From: Magallana gigas
Lineage: Eukaryota
Length of the DNA stretch: 64,000 bases
Direction of reading: 5' to 3'
Assembly: GCF_963853765.1 (NCBI RefSeq)
Contig: NC_088858.1
Location: 11,346,001-11,410,000, forward strand
The translations under genes and the position numbers were made by a program. The first letter of the stretch is position 1. Every line of letters starts with the position of its first letter. Shown one piece after another: positions 13,225 to 30,132 of the stretch. The notes under the pieces were generated by a model, which was not told the origin of the DNA, ran no database searches, and saw nothing but the letters and a program-made list of their open reading frames with translations.

Positions 13225-13775
13225 ATCACACATATATGCAACCCACAAACATCACACAGATAAACAACACACAAATATTACACAGATAAACAACACACAG
13301 ATAAACAAACAAATATACAACACACTAACATCACACAGATTTACAACACACAAACATCACACCCATATACAACAAACAAAAAATCTCACAGATACACAAC
13401 AAACAAACATCACACAGATATACAACACACAAACATCACACAGATATACATGTACATCACACAAACATTACTCAGATATACAACACACAAACATTACTCA
13501 GATATACAACACACAACCATTACACAGATATACAACACACAAAACATCACACAGATATACAACACTCAAACCTGACACAGATATACGGCACACAACATCT
13601 CTTATATAAACAATACACAAACATCACACATACAAACAACACACAACCATTACACAGATATACAACACACAAACATCACACAGATATTTAACAAACAGAT
13701 ACAACTGTCATACAGACACATTACAAGATTATGCAACACAAAAATATCACAAACACATATATACAACACACGGGC
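13225..13775 (+). repeat. Degenerate A/C-rich minisatellite, unit ~26 bp (ACACAAACATCACACAGATATACAAC-like)
   Basis: Many visible tandem copies with indels. Confidence 0.85.
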
Positions 13776-14279
13776 ACGACATTAACATTCCAAAACATCT
13801 CTAAAGGCATACACCAAGTCTTGTACAATTTTCAAAAAGTTATATACGTAATGCATGGCAAACAATTAACTGGACAGTATACACACGTTATACAGATACC
13901 ATAATTCAATTCACCGACAACACAGAAAACAGCAAACAATATGGAAAACACAAAGAGAAGCAAAACGACCCTTAGACATCACTAACATGAGCAACTAACA
14001 CAATATCCAATTTTGAACCATTTAGGTATCTTCACTATACATGTTTGTAAATAAAATCAAATACAAAAACATCTCGAAACTCAGCTTGTTTTCTTATTTT
14101 TTGAAACATTTCTGGGTAAAATTTTGACTTTTTTATTGACAGTGGAGGGGAGGGGTAATTCAAACAAACATGGAACTTGAGTTATTAGCTTGCTTCAATA
14201 AAATATTTTATCATTATCATCATTTTCTTCTGGAGAAAATGATGTCTATCTTTCTAAACCGGTATATAACAGTAAGTTA

Positions 14280-14765
14280 AATTTTGAACCTGCACTGTTT
14301 CCGTCCACTTTCTCTCGCTTGTAAAGGTCTGAAACAAAAATGTGAGAAACTTGTCAACGATTTTAGAATTAAGTAATACATTAGTTTTTTCCCCATCTCT
14401 TTTATAATTAAAACTTTGAACCCCTATCTTAACCACTTCCTTACTGACTCTCGGGAGTTCAACGTTTGAACAAAATTGAATCTTATTTATAATTTAAGAT
14501 ATTTTTCATCCCGAGAAGAAAAATCTTTAAAACCCTACAAACTTCTTTATATAGTTTCCTACTGATTTTCTTTTGGAAGAAGCTTTGAACATTTTGAACA
14601 AGTTTAAAGTTTTTCACATTAGGATGATATGTGCGAAGTTTGTTTGAAATTGGCTCAGTGAATCTAAAGAAGATGAAAATGAGAAAAACTAACAATGACG
14701 CTGACGTTTACGCCGAAATTTAGTTAAAAATCACCGAATCCTTCGACTCAGATGAGCTGACGGCA
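14280..14765. mobile_element. Degenerate Helentron-like non-autonomous element
   Basis: Ends in a CACCGAATCCTTCGACTCAGATGAGCT palindrome-like terminus preceded by GAAGATGAAAATGAGAAAAA..ACAATGACG, which resembles bivalve Helentron ends as I recall them. Boundaries approximate. Confidence 0.5.
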
Positions 14766-16063
14766 TCACAGAAAAGAAACAACAGACAACACAACTAGAG
14801 ACAACAAAGCGACTATTTACACAAAGAGACATCAGACGATATACAAGTATACCAATTTAAAAAACAACAAAAAGGCAACGCAAAAACCTGACAAACAGAT
14901 AATACAATACATTATCAATACATTATCAATACAGAAACAACAACCGAATAATACACAGAGATTACTAACAGACGCAAAAAAAAAATACAAACAAAAATAC
15001 AAAACACATGCATCAAATATACGAAACAAATAAAATAAAAGAAAGCAACGCACAAGACGTTGAGATATATAAACACAAAACAGATGACGGATGGTTATAC
15101 AACAGACAACTTCCAACTTCATTGTTTCAAGTCACGAACATATCCGTATAGATTCTAATTAATCAAGATTACAATGCGGACGGAGGAGCTGATTGGTCGG
15201 TGACAGAGTCTAGACAGACTGTTTACCACTCACTGGGGTTCATGACCTCTCCTCGATTGATCGTCATCGCTGTCCACATTGCTAAACCGGAAAACTTAAT
15301 CTTGATCAATTTCCAGACAAAAAGTAAAGCTAATGAGATTGCCCGTAGTGTTGTTTAATTTGTTACGTAACTCAAAAATCGATTTATAAATCAAAGTAAA
15401 TTCTAACACCCTTCAGACCCTTTCGACGTTGTCTTTGGCCAATCGCGGAGTAATAAATATTCTTTCTTGAAGCTGTCAAATCTCGAGATTGAAAGAAAGG
15501 TAAAGGAAGGAGGGAAATGTTGTGTTTTATGTAAACAAAAGCGGTCGTATCAATTTCTTGCCAGGTGAAACTTAACGGTTTAAATCAAACAATTTAAATT
15601 CAATAGAAATTCGCCATACGGTTGATAAGTTTTATAGTTTTTCCATTCACCTAATCAAACGAAGAGGGATTTTCGCGAACATCTAGACCATTTATAACTG
15701 CTGTAGACTGAGGGAGACCCGGTCGGATGGGGACCGAGTGAATGTTGTGAGTACTTATATTTCTATTACACAGCTGTAGTTCTATCTATTGTATGTATTG
15801 TGTTGATAACTGGTGAAAATCTGATTTAAAGAAAAGCTACAGTGCGTGTCACTGCAGTTCTAAATTCGAAATATTCTAATGCATTTTAAGTTTTGCGAAA
15901 CTTACTTCTTGTTTTATAATTTTACTGAAGATGTTTTTAGAATCATTTCAAAAGTACTTATATTGAATATATTCATGTACACAGCAAATGAAAAAGTTCT
16001 CAAAAGGTTCTCATCACAAGTTGGTTCATTCGAAACTGTTTCACCAATCTATCCGCAAGCATA

Positions 16064-16315
16064 TGAACCATTTTAACAAGACCTTGGACTTTCGGTTGGA
16101 CTTAGCTATCTATTTCTTGCGTCAAAACAATTTAAAAATGACGCGGTTTCAAGCGAAATATGCACCGATTGCGAAGTCTTAGCTCAAAAGCCAGATAAAT
16201 CTTGTTGATTTCAAAGAGCAATGGCTGAGTGGCCAGCAATGAAATAGCCAGGCCTACGTCACATTGCTGTTTGACACAACTACCCAAAGTCCAAGCTCTT
16301 GTTAAAATGGTTCTA
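16064..16315. mobile_element. ~250-bp TA-flanked MITE, copy 2
   Basis: Same TIRs and interior as 1236-1488, same orientation. Confidence 0.9.
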
Positions 16316-18922
16316 AAAAGGATACTTTATTGGGAAACTTGTGTGCTCATTCTTTACTCATTATCCAATGGTGTGTCTAAATGAATACTTTTTCTCTCTC
16401 CTTCCCGGGTAGTTTGTTCGAGATCAGCTCGATCTGCCGTCTGTTGACATAATTTTAGCACTTCTCTTTTTTTACCATGACACTTCCGAGTTCCTCTATT
16501 GGCACGTGCAAGATCAATACTTGTCGAACTGTTTGCCGAAAGTAGAATTTATTTCTTTAGAAATCTATTGCGATTTCGATTTGCATAGAGTCTGGTCTCT
16601 TGTTAGATTTGCACTTAGCTGAACTACATATTCAATGCTAAGTTGTTTTTTCACAAACAATTGTCTCTGGATTCGCGAAATAACATTCTTTTCTGTTATT
16701 AAGTGTCAGTTAAATATTTACGAAAGTATTAGATTGTGTGATGTATGAAAATAGTGCTAATGGATTAGTAGTATATTTTTATCGATATTTTAAGAAATGT
16801 AATAAGTAAAAAGATTTTTTCCAAAAAAAATTAATATGATATCACAGTCGGCTGTATTATACATTTTCTATCTCGAATGAACACATTATTTTCTTCATTC
16901 CTAATAAAAATGTAACAAATCATGAAAACCGATTCCATCAATCCGGCCCCTATTTATAATTGTTGTCTTGACATCAACATTTACTCCACCACGTGACCTT
17001 AACCTTCGATCTTCCTTGTCTCGGGTTTCTAGATCTATGATTAGGTTTGGTAATTTGGTAATATATATTTCAGCTATCTTTAATCCACGTAATACTATAT
17101 TACGGTAATGTTATGGATTAAACACAGGGTTGTAAAATATTGATTAGCCCGTCTTTCTTTCTTTAGAAGATGGAAATCCAGATGTTGTTTGCAAAGCCAT
17201 AAAAACAATTTAAAAGAGAAACAAAACCCCAAGGTCTCGTTTGTCGAGGTTCTTTATGCACTAAGTAAATTCTAAAACCCAAACACATTTTTTGAACTTA
17301 ATCAGACATATTAGTCACTAATTTGAATTCATGTTTTAAATTTCCCAACCAGTTCTTAATCACCCGTAGTCTTGAACATATTATTAAAAGTTAATTTGGT
17401 TTTTAAATAAGATATCTCTTTATAATTGTATTATAATGTGCCCTCTGAGTATTCTCAAATCCCCGTGTTGATTACATGCCAGAAGGTCATCCTCTCATTT
17501 AACAGAATTCCTGTTAACGAACAAAGACTATTCGTTAAGTAAACTGGAAAATATCCACAATCTCAGGAAAGGAATGCATGTCGGTTGCCCAACTCCAAGC
17601 GAGGAGAGAGGGCCTTTTTTCTTAAAGAAATCATCTTGACGTTTAACAGAGCCAATTACAAAGTTTTAAATTTGACTAACGGGTAATTTAAAAGTAATTT
17701 ATAAATATCGATTTGTCAAAAGTATTTGGGTAACGTTTTGTAAAGACTGGCGCGGGAACTGGGCAAGCGGATTACTGGGGCTTGGAGAAAGCCTCGGGTA
17801 GCCCGCTAGTGTATTGGGGGTGAAAATTGACTCGGATTAAAAACTGAAAAGACGATAGATAAACACAGTGAACGTCAAACGAAGGTAGCCTTACCCCTAA
17901 AGTTACCGTTATCTCGACAAAAGGTGTCAGTGTTCCAAAGTGATTACTGCATTTATTAACATCACAGAGGTTTCAAGGGAAACATGTAGAATTTATTCAC
18001 AGTAAAGAGGTAAGAAATCTTTTTACATGGTTGCAAAACCCATTAGGCCTATTTAATTGTCTGGGTCATTTTTAGTTTTTTTTTTTTTTATTTGTTTAAA
18101 GGAGGTCAGTCCAGTAATAGACACGGACTTTTGTTTAGTTCTTTTTCAATAAATAATACCGTCTTTAAAACTAGCACGTTTGTTACTTAGATTCAATTCA
18201 ATGGACAATGCCATTTAAAATACCTCTCATTTTCATACATAACCTATATAACAGTCAAAGCAAGTAGTCAAGCATTTTGTGGGTCTAAGACGTTCCTTAT
18301 TAGCACGAAGTGAGAAAAATAATCAATTTTCAAAGTTAAGCCACGCTACCTTGTAAATAAAACAAATTTCAAATTCAGGTCGTCAAAAGAACACATATAT
18401 ACATTAAAGTCAATGCATATAAATCAACTTGATAGTCAATCTTTAAATCAACCATCTTGTATCGATACTCCAATAAAATCATTTAAGAACAGATGGGGTC
18501 TATATTGCCCTATACTTGGCCAATGTTCACATGCAGTGGCAACACTAAAAGATCCTCTCTACAGCAAATACTCTCGAAAAATTCTCTAATAAATCATCGT
18601 TAACAGAAACATGTACACAACGCGACACACGAGACGGTCATTGTGCCCAACTGCCTACAGATTTGGCTTATTTACATTTACTTTCAGCGTTATCTTAAAT
18701 TTTGAAAGAAGCGAGCCAAAATACTTTTACAGAACAAGTGTATTTATTATCAACCCTTTTATCATTTTCTAAATATATGCTTTTGAAAGTAGACATATGC
18801 ATTGATAAACATAAATGCAGGTTTTGAATATATTCATGTGCCATAAAAGCCTTAACCCAATCACTGAATGGCTTATCAATGGTATAAATATTACATGAGT
18901 ATTTTGGGTTTAATCAGAATAA

Positions 18923-20602
<1,680 letters not shown>

Positions 20603-23600
20603 TAGGGCGTGTTTTAACATCGGTCATCAAATGTTCTGGTGTTTTTGTTGTTGTTGAGAATATTTTATTATCGTGTTTGCTGGGCATAATGTTTAAATTT
20701 AGTTCACTATATCCGCGGAATGTGACAACTCCAAAGAAGCTTAGCAGACGTATTCGGTATTTGTTATAGATTAACACAGAATTCATTTATATTTTTGCGT
20801 AGATGGGAGATTATCTATTTGAAATCTTGCTTTATGTATTAGTTATAGACATAAACTGTTAACAGTTGTTCAAATGGACTTTTATTCAATCTGGTGTCTT
20901 GCAGATTCCCTGCACTGGAATATTTTAATAGAATTATGAGAAACAAATTGCAGACGCAGACAGATTGAAGTTTTATCTATATATGTCTATAAATAAGAAT
21001 AGAGAAAATATAAAAGGATCTGGGTCATTAATTTAAAAACAACTTGCAAATGTTCCTTGCTTTGAACTCATACCGAGTTTGCCAGAACATGATGCTAATG
21101 GTTACGTCACAAGATAATGGGATTGAAAAAGCATACATACTTCAGTGGGCATGAGAAAATGACAGTAAAAAGTTGTAAGTTTGGATCTTTCTTGGCATGA
21201 ATGCCAGTAACAATTACACGAAGACAGCTGTTGCTTAATCTTTTATATAAAATAAAGCATGCCTTAAAACATTACTGCTATAGTGCATGTACACCTTCCT
21301 ATGCCCATTCTCTCACTGTCTCTGTCTGTTTGCGGTGTTTGTCTCTCAGATCTAGTTCGTTGTAGTTCTGCAATGATCACTACCCTAGGATTCCGTTAGT
21401 AATTTATCGTTGACATTAATATGTTTCTTTTAGAACACGATTTATCGTTATTGCAGACCAGTATGTTACATCGATGGAAGAGCCAATACTTCCAAATATG
21501 GAAATTACTATTAGTACTACATATACAAGTTTTTTTTGTTTGATCTTATTTTATTGTAATATAATTACAATGGAATCGGGCACAAGTTCTAAAACTTATG
21601 TAGCCCCCTCCCATATACATGTACATATACAACTGTGGCACCTGTCTGTCTATTCGGTGTATCGTTGACAGTAAACTACGGAAACCTCAAATGTATAGTA
21701 ATATTAAATTATTTTTGTTGTTGTAGATGCTTGAAAAAACGTCGTCACTATATCTACTAGGAACTACTAAATACTAGTAAACTAATTTGAAGACAGTTTA
21801 ACAAAGTTTGGGGAATGAACAATCATAAAAGCAGACAAATCATTTAAACTGGTTAGATCGAGTTAGGTTTTGTCTGTAGCTTTATGAACACGATTGCATT
21901 TTTAAACGAAATTATTGAGAAAATTATTGTTGCATTGAATGATTTTCAGCCGGGCTCTGCTGAAAGCAGAGTCCTGGCTGTAGGCAGGCAAATCGCCAAT
22001 GTTACTATAAATAGCACAGCTTCAAAAGTAAACAAAAAACCAAACAGCGTCAAAGTAAAAGCTTCCGCTATACCAAATAGTTACACAAAGAGCCACGTTT
22101 TGTCAAAAGTGTTGGCATTTTGTTTCTTTCTTTTTTTTATTAATTTCGATAAAATTGTCTATCTTATTTAGTTTCTTTATTAGTAACGTGTTTTAAAAAC
22201 AAGACTATGCATTTTGGACACATACAATGCGCAGGAATTTCCATGAACTACTTTGCTGCGCGTTGAAGACATGGGGATTGAATATATAACGCGTGTTGCA
22301 AAATTCAAGGCACATTTTCAGTCTTTACTACACAATATGCATAAAGACACACCAAAAGAGCCCGGCTTTCAGTACTTCAGTACTTTGATTTTATCTCGTT
22401 ATGACAATTTGTCTGCTCAACAGACGTCAGTTATTGGCACGACGACGTCAAAAAAATAAATCATTTAATGCTTATATCTACATTCTATTTTTATTTATTT
22501 TATTGGATAAATTGGTTAAAATTGCATATCACGCAGAGTGTGAATTAGTAACCGCAAGAACAGCTGTTTTCTAAAACCGGTTAAAACTGGTTAGCACATT
22601 AGACTGTTGAGATGAGCCTTGAAAATATAACCCATGAGAAATAAATAGATTGAAATTTGGCTTTAAACAATAGAATCAACTTCCTTGTTGAATAATTGTA
22701 AAACATGGTGTTTTCACAACATGTATGGCATATATTTTTAAACCCATACCATAGGAATCAAGTTTGGGAACTACTTAATATGTAAATTATATGTAAATTC
22801 ATACGCAGTGTTTAGGTTGTTGCATTTAGAGGCAATTAAAGAATTTAATGGAAAAACACAGTCGAATGTAAAGATTTGTTTGTGAAAATAAAGATACATA
22901 TTTATTTATGATACCAGATATTTGGGATTATCCCAGAAGAATGATGTAAAAATGGAGTAACATGAAAAAAACCCCAACCTTTTTTCATGGTAAAGAATAT
23001 TGTCAACCATACACAAACCGTCGAATATTTCTTTTTCTGTGATTTACGAATGTTGACCAAATGGTATCTTGCAAGCGACAAGCCGAATTCAAGCAGGTGG
23101 AATTTTCAACATGAATTTTATATATGAGGCAAAATATTGAGGTCTACATTTACAAAGAATTATAACTATTGTTTACGAAATTTTCAATAAAATGGGGACA
23201 ACATCTTTCATTTAAGCATGCCATTTAGATAATCCCTTTCCAGTTGGTCATTAGAGTTTTAGACAATGGCAGTCATGTAGTTATTTTCGAAAGTTATCAG
23301 TCGTTATTCTGGAATTGTCCATGATTAAGTAAGATTTGCTTCCTACAGTCAGAAACTCCAAAGTAAAAGCCCATACTTCAGTTAAAACACTGCTCGATAA
23401 TCAAAGAAACCAACGAAATGGTATCCTGTGCAGCACTTGCCGCTCAAACTGTGGTCCTGTCCAACCACAAAGAATCATTTGAATCAGCAAGTAATCAAAA
23501 TTATAAATTTTCACGAAAGATTGAACTACTTATTTTGATATCTGATATGTGAAAGTGCTCAGAAAAGGCAGACGAGAACAAGCGACGAGCCATGAAAGCG

Positions 23601-25640
23601 CGGGGAGCATTGCATGGTCTTTTACCGAGGCTTGACGGTCAGCACTGTTGTCATATTGTGAATTCTGAATTTACCGGGTGGCAATAAGTACAAAATTAGT
23701 TGTGTTATGTTGTAGATTTTGTATTTGCTACCACCCGGTAATTCAAAATTTATAACCTGACACTGTTGTGCATCACTTTTTCTTCCTACAGACTGTCAAT
23801 TAAACAAAACAGATAGAAGTACGATGAATTGTCACCATTTATTAAGTTGAATTATCACCAATGACCAGATTCTCAAGTAAAACTACCGAGCTTGTGATAA
23901 CCATGCCACTTCGACATTTGATTCATGGCTAGTTGTGTAAAATCAGATTTGTCTTTAATAATATCCCTGGATTGCCGAATCTTGGTAACATAGATGTTTC
24001 GACTCTGTGTTGATTGTCTTGTTTCATTTGTTACTTCACTTGTTGTATGTCACTGGTTACACAAGCCGTCGGCAATCACTTTGTAACGCATCACTTCATT
24101 ATTTGAGAGATACTTGAAAATTGATTTCCGTTAGAATTGCCTTGATAAGCTTTTGCAGTTAGAATGCTGACAAGGAATCGTCTATATATATACATGAAAA
24201 CCCTTTTTTGAACTTGTAAAATTAATCTAATTCATGTCAATGATTTTTTTTTAAAAAAGCCGTTTGAAAAAGTGTAAGTCGCTGTTTTAAGTTTCTCGTT
24301 CGAAAGGCCATAGATCGATGAGAAGAAATTTCAGAGACTTTTTTCCAAAGGTCCCCTAGTCAGTGATTCGCTGTAGCCTAGAAACAGGCTAATGAGTTAA
24401 TAACTTAGAATGCCGTCTTTTAATCCTAGTTCACTTTTAATAAACTAATGATGGAATGAAAAATGGCGGAGATACATTAGTGAAACCAATCTAATTAAGC
24501 GTAGTTCAATCAGTAGGCGCTTATCAATTTTCATCGTCATTTTCCGTACTTTTCTCAGAGATCCTAATTGACGAGGTAAGAAGCACAATGCGATTCTATT
24601 TAAATTAAAGAATGTTTAAACTGATAAAAAAACAAAGATAATTCTAGAAAATGCAGAAAACTTTAAGATAACTGTGATAAAGTTTTCTTATATTTTTAAA
24701 TATGAGCAAATTGGTCAATTTAAAAGTTTTGGGACAATGACAGTTTTAGGACTATCAATATGTAATATCGGAATCTACAGAGAAAAATTATCAACCGAGA
24801 ACTCGATTCTAGCTTATCATTTAAGAACATTATTACAAAGAATAACTTAAACGTTTTTTACTTCTCGTATCTATAGTTTACGGTACACGTATATTTCATC
24901 CAAGAGAAACGTAACATTAATTTTTAAAAATGTTAAGGTTATTTAGAAATAATAAGGTTGATTGAGTAAATTATAAATACTTCATAAAAATTAACATGTT
25001 TTCTTTGAGATAATTTTTAATTTATTCATGTACAAATGTATCAACATTTGACTAAATAACATGTAAATAACAATTATTTGAATGCATCAATCAGTATAAC
25101 TCAATGTGGTAATTGTTAGCTAACAACATTCATAATAACTTGATAAATGTAGAGTAACTGCCAATTGCAAACTGTTTTTAATTCGGTCACAATAACACAG
25201 TACTATATGAATTAACTGTTAACATTAAGAAATGACGAATGAGTTAACAGTTAGTTTCCAGAATTAATACTAATTAACTATTGGAACAGCATTAATCAAC
25301 GATTAAATGAGTTAACAGTTATTCTTCACAATGTTAACCGATGAGTAAATGTGTTAACTGTTAGGTGACAGCCTTAATGTAACTAAATAAATGTATGGTA
25401 ACTGCTATTTGGAAGTATATTCTTGTTGTAAAATGTGCTTGGTAACAATCACATAGCTCTAAATGTGTTAACTGTTAGTTGCCAGCATTATCATCTATGT
25501 AGGACTAGATTTGTTAAATGTTAGGATTTGGCCTTAACCAATTACTAAACGTGTTTGAATTGTTGGTACAAACATTAACCTATACCAGACATAATTTAAC
25601 ACTTGAACTGTAGTTGACAGCAATGAACCGTGACATGTTA

Positions 25641-26640
25641 CCTGTTGGTCGACTGTGTTAACTTAGAACTAAGTGTGTAACCTGTTAGCCGACAGTGTTA
25701 CCTTAGAACTAAATGTGTTACCTGTTGGTCGACAGTGTTAACTTAGAACTATGTGTGTCACCTGTTGGTCGACAGTGTTAACTTAGAACTAAATATGTTA
25801 CCTGTTGGCCGACAGTGTTAACTTAGAACTAAATATGTTACCTGTTGGTCGACAGTGTTAACTTAGAACTAAATATGTTACCTGTTAACCGACAGTGTTA
25901 CCTTAGAACTAAATGTGTTACCTGTTGGTCGACAGTGTTAACTTAGAACTATGTGTGTAACCTGTTGGTCGACAGTGTTAACTTAGAACTAAGTGTGTCA
26001 CCTGTTGGTCGACAGTGTTAACTTAGAACTAAGTGTGTCACCTGTTGGTCGACAGTGTTAACTTAGAACTAAGTGTGTTACCTGTTGGTCGACAGTGTTA
26101 ACTTAGAACTATGTGTGTAACTTGTTGGTCGACAGTGTTAACTTAGAACTAAGTGTGTCACCTGTTGGTCGACAGTGTTAACTTAGAACTAAGTGTGTCA
26201 CCTGTTGGTCGACAGTGTTAACTTAGAACTAAGTGTGTCACCTGTTGGTCGACAGTGTTAACTTAGAACTAAATGTGTTACCTGTTGGTCGACAGTGTTA
26301 ACTTAGAACTAAATATGTTACCTGTTGGTCGACAGTGTTAACTTAGAACTATGTGTGTCACCTGTTGGTCGACAGTGTTAACTTAGAACTATGTGTGTCA
26401 CCTGTTGGTCGACAGTGTTAACTTAGAACTAAATATGTTACCTGTTGGTCGACAGTGTTAACTTAGAACTAAATGTGTCACCTGTTGGTCGACAGTGTTA
26501 ACTTAGAACTAAATATGTTACCTGTTGGTCGACAGTGTTAACTTAGAACTAAATGTGTCACCTGTTGGTCGACAGTGTTAACTTAGAACTAAATGTGTCA
26601 CCTGTTGGTCGACAGTGTTAACTTAGAACTAAATGTGTTA
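25641..26640. repeat. Satellite array: 25 tandem 40-bp units, consensus CCTGTTGGTCGACAGTGTTAACTTAGAACTAARTRTGTYA
   Basis: Exactly 1000 bp of head-to-tail units without spacers. Degenerate relatives flank it at about 25140-25640, 26640-27185 and 27760-27970. Confidence 0.98.
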
Positions 26641-29600
26641 CCTGTTAGTTGACAGCAGTATTCTTCAATGTATCATGTATAATTAAACGTATCTACTCTC
26701 AGTTGAAAGCATAAATCTGTAATATATTATATTTTAGTATTACATATGTGGCCCACAACATTAACCCTTTTTAATGGTTAACTTTCAACCGAAGACAAAA
26801 TGCTTCATCTTTTATTTGATATGCAGCATTCACATATCATGGCATGTTTCATATGTTAGCTAACAGCACTATTAAATTAATAAATGCATGTGTCAAGTTT
26901 TATTCAATTCAGAGTGTGACCTAGAGTTTGATTTGTGAAGTGTTGTTTTAACCTTCTACCTTAAACTACAGAATGTGTTAACTGTTAGTTGAATGAATTA
27001 GCTTAGTATTAAACACGTTAACTGTTAGCTGAAGTAATAAGCCAGGGATTAAATGTGTAAACTGTTAGTTGAATGCATTATCTCAGGATTTAATGTGTTA
27101 ACTGTTACTGACAAATACATTAGTTCAGGATTAAACGTGTTGACTGTTAGTTGTATTAATTAGCATAGAATTTAACGTGTTAATGTGGTTTTGGAGACCT
27201 CCATGTTGTGACGTATTATTTATCAAAATAACAACACAATCAAATGTAATTTTATAAATAGTTTCTTTCCCCAAACTTTAACCTTAAAGCATAGTACAAT
27301 AGGTTAGAGGTTTCTCTACGAATCTGTAAATCATGAACTCGAATCCCCCTGGAAATTATAAGATTTTTACCTTTGCAAAAATTGTTAAAACCCATTTTTT
27401 TGTTGTTGAATATTTTTAAAGATGAAAATTTTTAATCGGTGAAAGCATTTTAATTATAATGTGCTTTAATCCACATTAATATCGACAAAATGTTGAATCA
27501 TTAGAATTCGGGATGGCCCAATTTTTATTTGGGCACTGGTAGTCCTCCCCTCGAATTTGTTTATCCTCGACAAAAAACAAATTTTGAAAGATTTAATTTT
27601 CTTTCTGAAACTAAAAACCGAGCATCCACGAAATTACATCACCACGAATAAGCAAAAAACAAAAACAGGAAAATTTGCCCCGCGAATTTAAAATGATTTC
27701 ACAGTATGTCCCATACTACGTTTAGCGTAAGTTATATGAATAAGCATAGGGTTTAAACATTTTAACTGTCAGTTGTATGAATGGGATTTAACGTGTTAAC
27801 TACTAGTATTAGTTGTATGAATTAACATAGGATTTTATGTGTTAACTGTTAGTTAAATGCAATAGGATTAAAAGCGAGAACTGTTAGTTGAATGCTGAAG
27901 ATTAAACGTGTAAATTGTTGGTTGAATGCATATTACCCTAGGATTAAACGTATCAACTGTTAGTTGAAACATAACCCATTTAATCGGCCTGTATGTTTCA
28001 ACTTACGATACATAAGTGTTGGATAATTGAAATTTGAAGACAAATGTTGTTGTATACGGAAACTGTTTTACATGTACTAAATATTATTATCATATAACGA
28101 TTCAATTTTTATAAAATTCAGTATGACTTAATACTAAATTTAACCACGAACGGCACTTGTTGAAAGAGTAAACTAATATATGAATATTCTTTTAGGATAT
28201 CATTTCGTGAGGAGATAAATAATTCAGGGTGGGGAGGGGGTTCATATAAAAAACATCTTATACGGAAGTTAACGAAGGATAAATGATCTTTTACAAAACT
28301 TGTCACTTCACCTCAGATGCTAGGCTTATTAATGGGGATCATCGGGTCGTGCATTAGGTATACCCATTATACTATTAGTATCCATTCGCTGCTGAGAACA
28401 CGGGTCCTCAATACAGGGTTATTAAAGGTATCCCCTCGAGGCCGCTTCATTAAACATGAGAGCACCTTTATTGATTTCAGTTTGTGGTATATTCCTTTCA
28501 TGTAATGGAAAAAGGGATGAGGTTCAACCATCTTCCTATCCAAAGGTTAGCTTATTTCTTTGTTTTATTTATCTATTTTTCATTTTACAATTAATGATTA
28601 TTCATCTTTGTAACTGTTTATTCTTTATTTCATTCTTTCTGTAAAACTATCAGTTGAGATGCTATGGTATCTGATTGTATATCAAGAAATGTTAAGTGCT
28701 TTTGCACTAATATTTATGACAACTTTTCGGTTGTATTTTTGTATAACTTAATGTTTGACGCGACACGAAATTTGAATTGTTCCTACACTAACTTATCATG
28801 GACAATCGAAAAAAAAGTAAGGAAATTTAGATTCGTGCGTTTATATGTATAGCTCACTTTTAGGTTCTTAAGCCCTTTATTCTAACGTAAATATATGTAT
28901 CTCTTATATTATACAGTCATTGACTTCAAAAGAGGGCAAAATATGAAAAGGTGAAAATGTTGCCCGACGCCGCACCTTCAGGTCCAACAATTCATATATT
29001 GCCCTCAACCCAAGTCAATGACTGTTTTGTTATAACCTTCATTTAAATTTTATGCTTTAAAAGCACTTGACGCTATCTTTCGTATAACTCTTTCTGCACT
29101 AAACTTTGGCTTTTTCCGCTCGGACGAAAATTAATTACATGTGAGGTAGCGGTCAAAAATGGTAGACCGGTCAACATGGAAATTGTCAGACAAAATGAAA
29201 GAACATTCGTTTTATTGGACTTTTTATTAGTAAGAATTTTATAGAAAAATGAAAATAAGGGTATAACAAAATAAAGTAGCAAATTTTGAATTGAATGAAT
29301 ATCGTTTTCTGGCAGAAAACATATTCTAATTCAAAGTAAGGTGAAGTTAAGAATAAAAAACGGGCTTTTTCATGTAACAGGGTACTGGTTATATTTTGAA
29401 GTAAATGTGTTTTTTTTTAAATGAGTTAAAGCACATTTTCAACAAAAAATATTTACTGATAAAACAATGTTTTAAAGCAATAACTGATTTTAATCACGGA
29501 ATAGAAAACAGAATGATATATAAGGTATAATTCACAAGGGAAGAATGTAACGCCGAGTCATGTTCGTCAAAAGAGAAATACAAATGAATCAAAGCATTGG

Positions 29601-30132
29601 TTATTGAGGTATTTCATAGTTATTATGTACCCAATTTTTTCATTAATTATTTATTTACATATATCTAATTTTGCTTTGACCTCAAACACGAACGTTTAAG
29701 TGCATTTAGTGCGTCAGCATTTTTTATTCCATTACACAGCAGTTATTTATATATACGGGATGTATTTATATATGATTTTCGCAGATGGCTTAGAACTTAC
29801 ATGAGAGATTCTTAAAAACTTGGATTTTAATCTTAGATACTTTACTAGCAAATTCATGAATGTGTATAACTATATTTTATTGTTGGTTGGGGTTGTCTTT
29901 AGTATATCCACAAATTTTAATTCCCCACGAAATATACCGTACAAACACATAAAATCTCGTCCAACCAACTCAGCATGTCATAGTGCGGAAAGGATGACCG
30001 TAAGTTTCTTGTCTATAGCTCCGACTAGCGATGACCAAACATCAAAGCAATATCTTAAATTCAAGATAAAATCTTTGACTAAAATTGTCAAACTTTTTTC
30101 ACAGAAGAAATTTTTAAACTGTAACAGGGAGT

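Noticed and set aside
13178-13609. 143-aa ORF rich in H/T/Q
   Set aside because: It is a translation of the A/C-rich minisatellite, with no splice or homology support.
23100-24200. Possible LINE/RT remnant on the minus strand
   Set aside because: Too degraded. I could not find YxDD or endonuclease motifs, so it is not called.
25641-26640. CRISPR-like regular repeat with palindromes
   Set aside because: Units are head-to-tail with no unique spacers, there are no cas genes, and the context is eukaryotic. It is a satellite.
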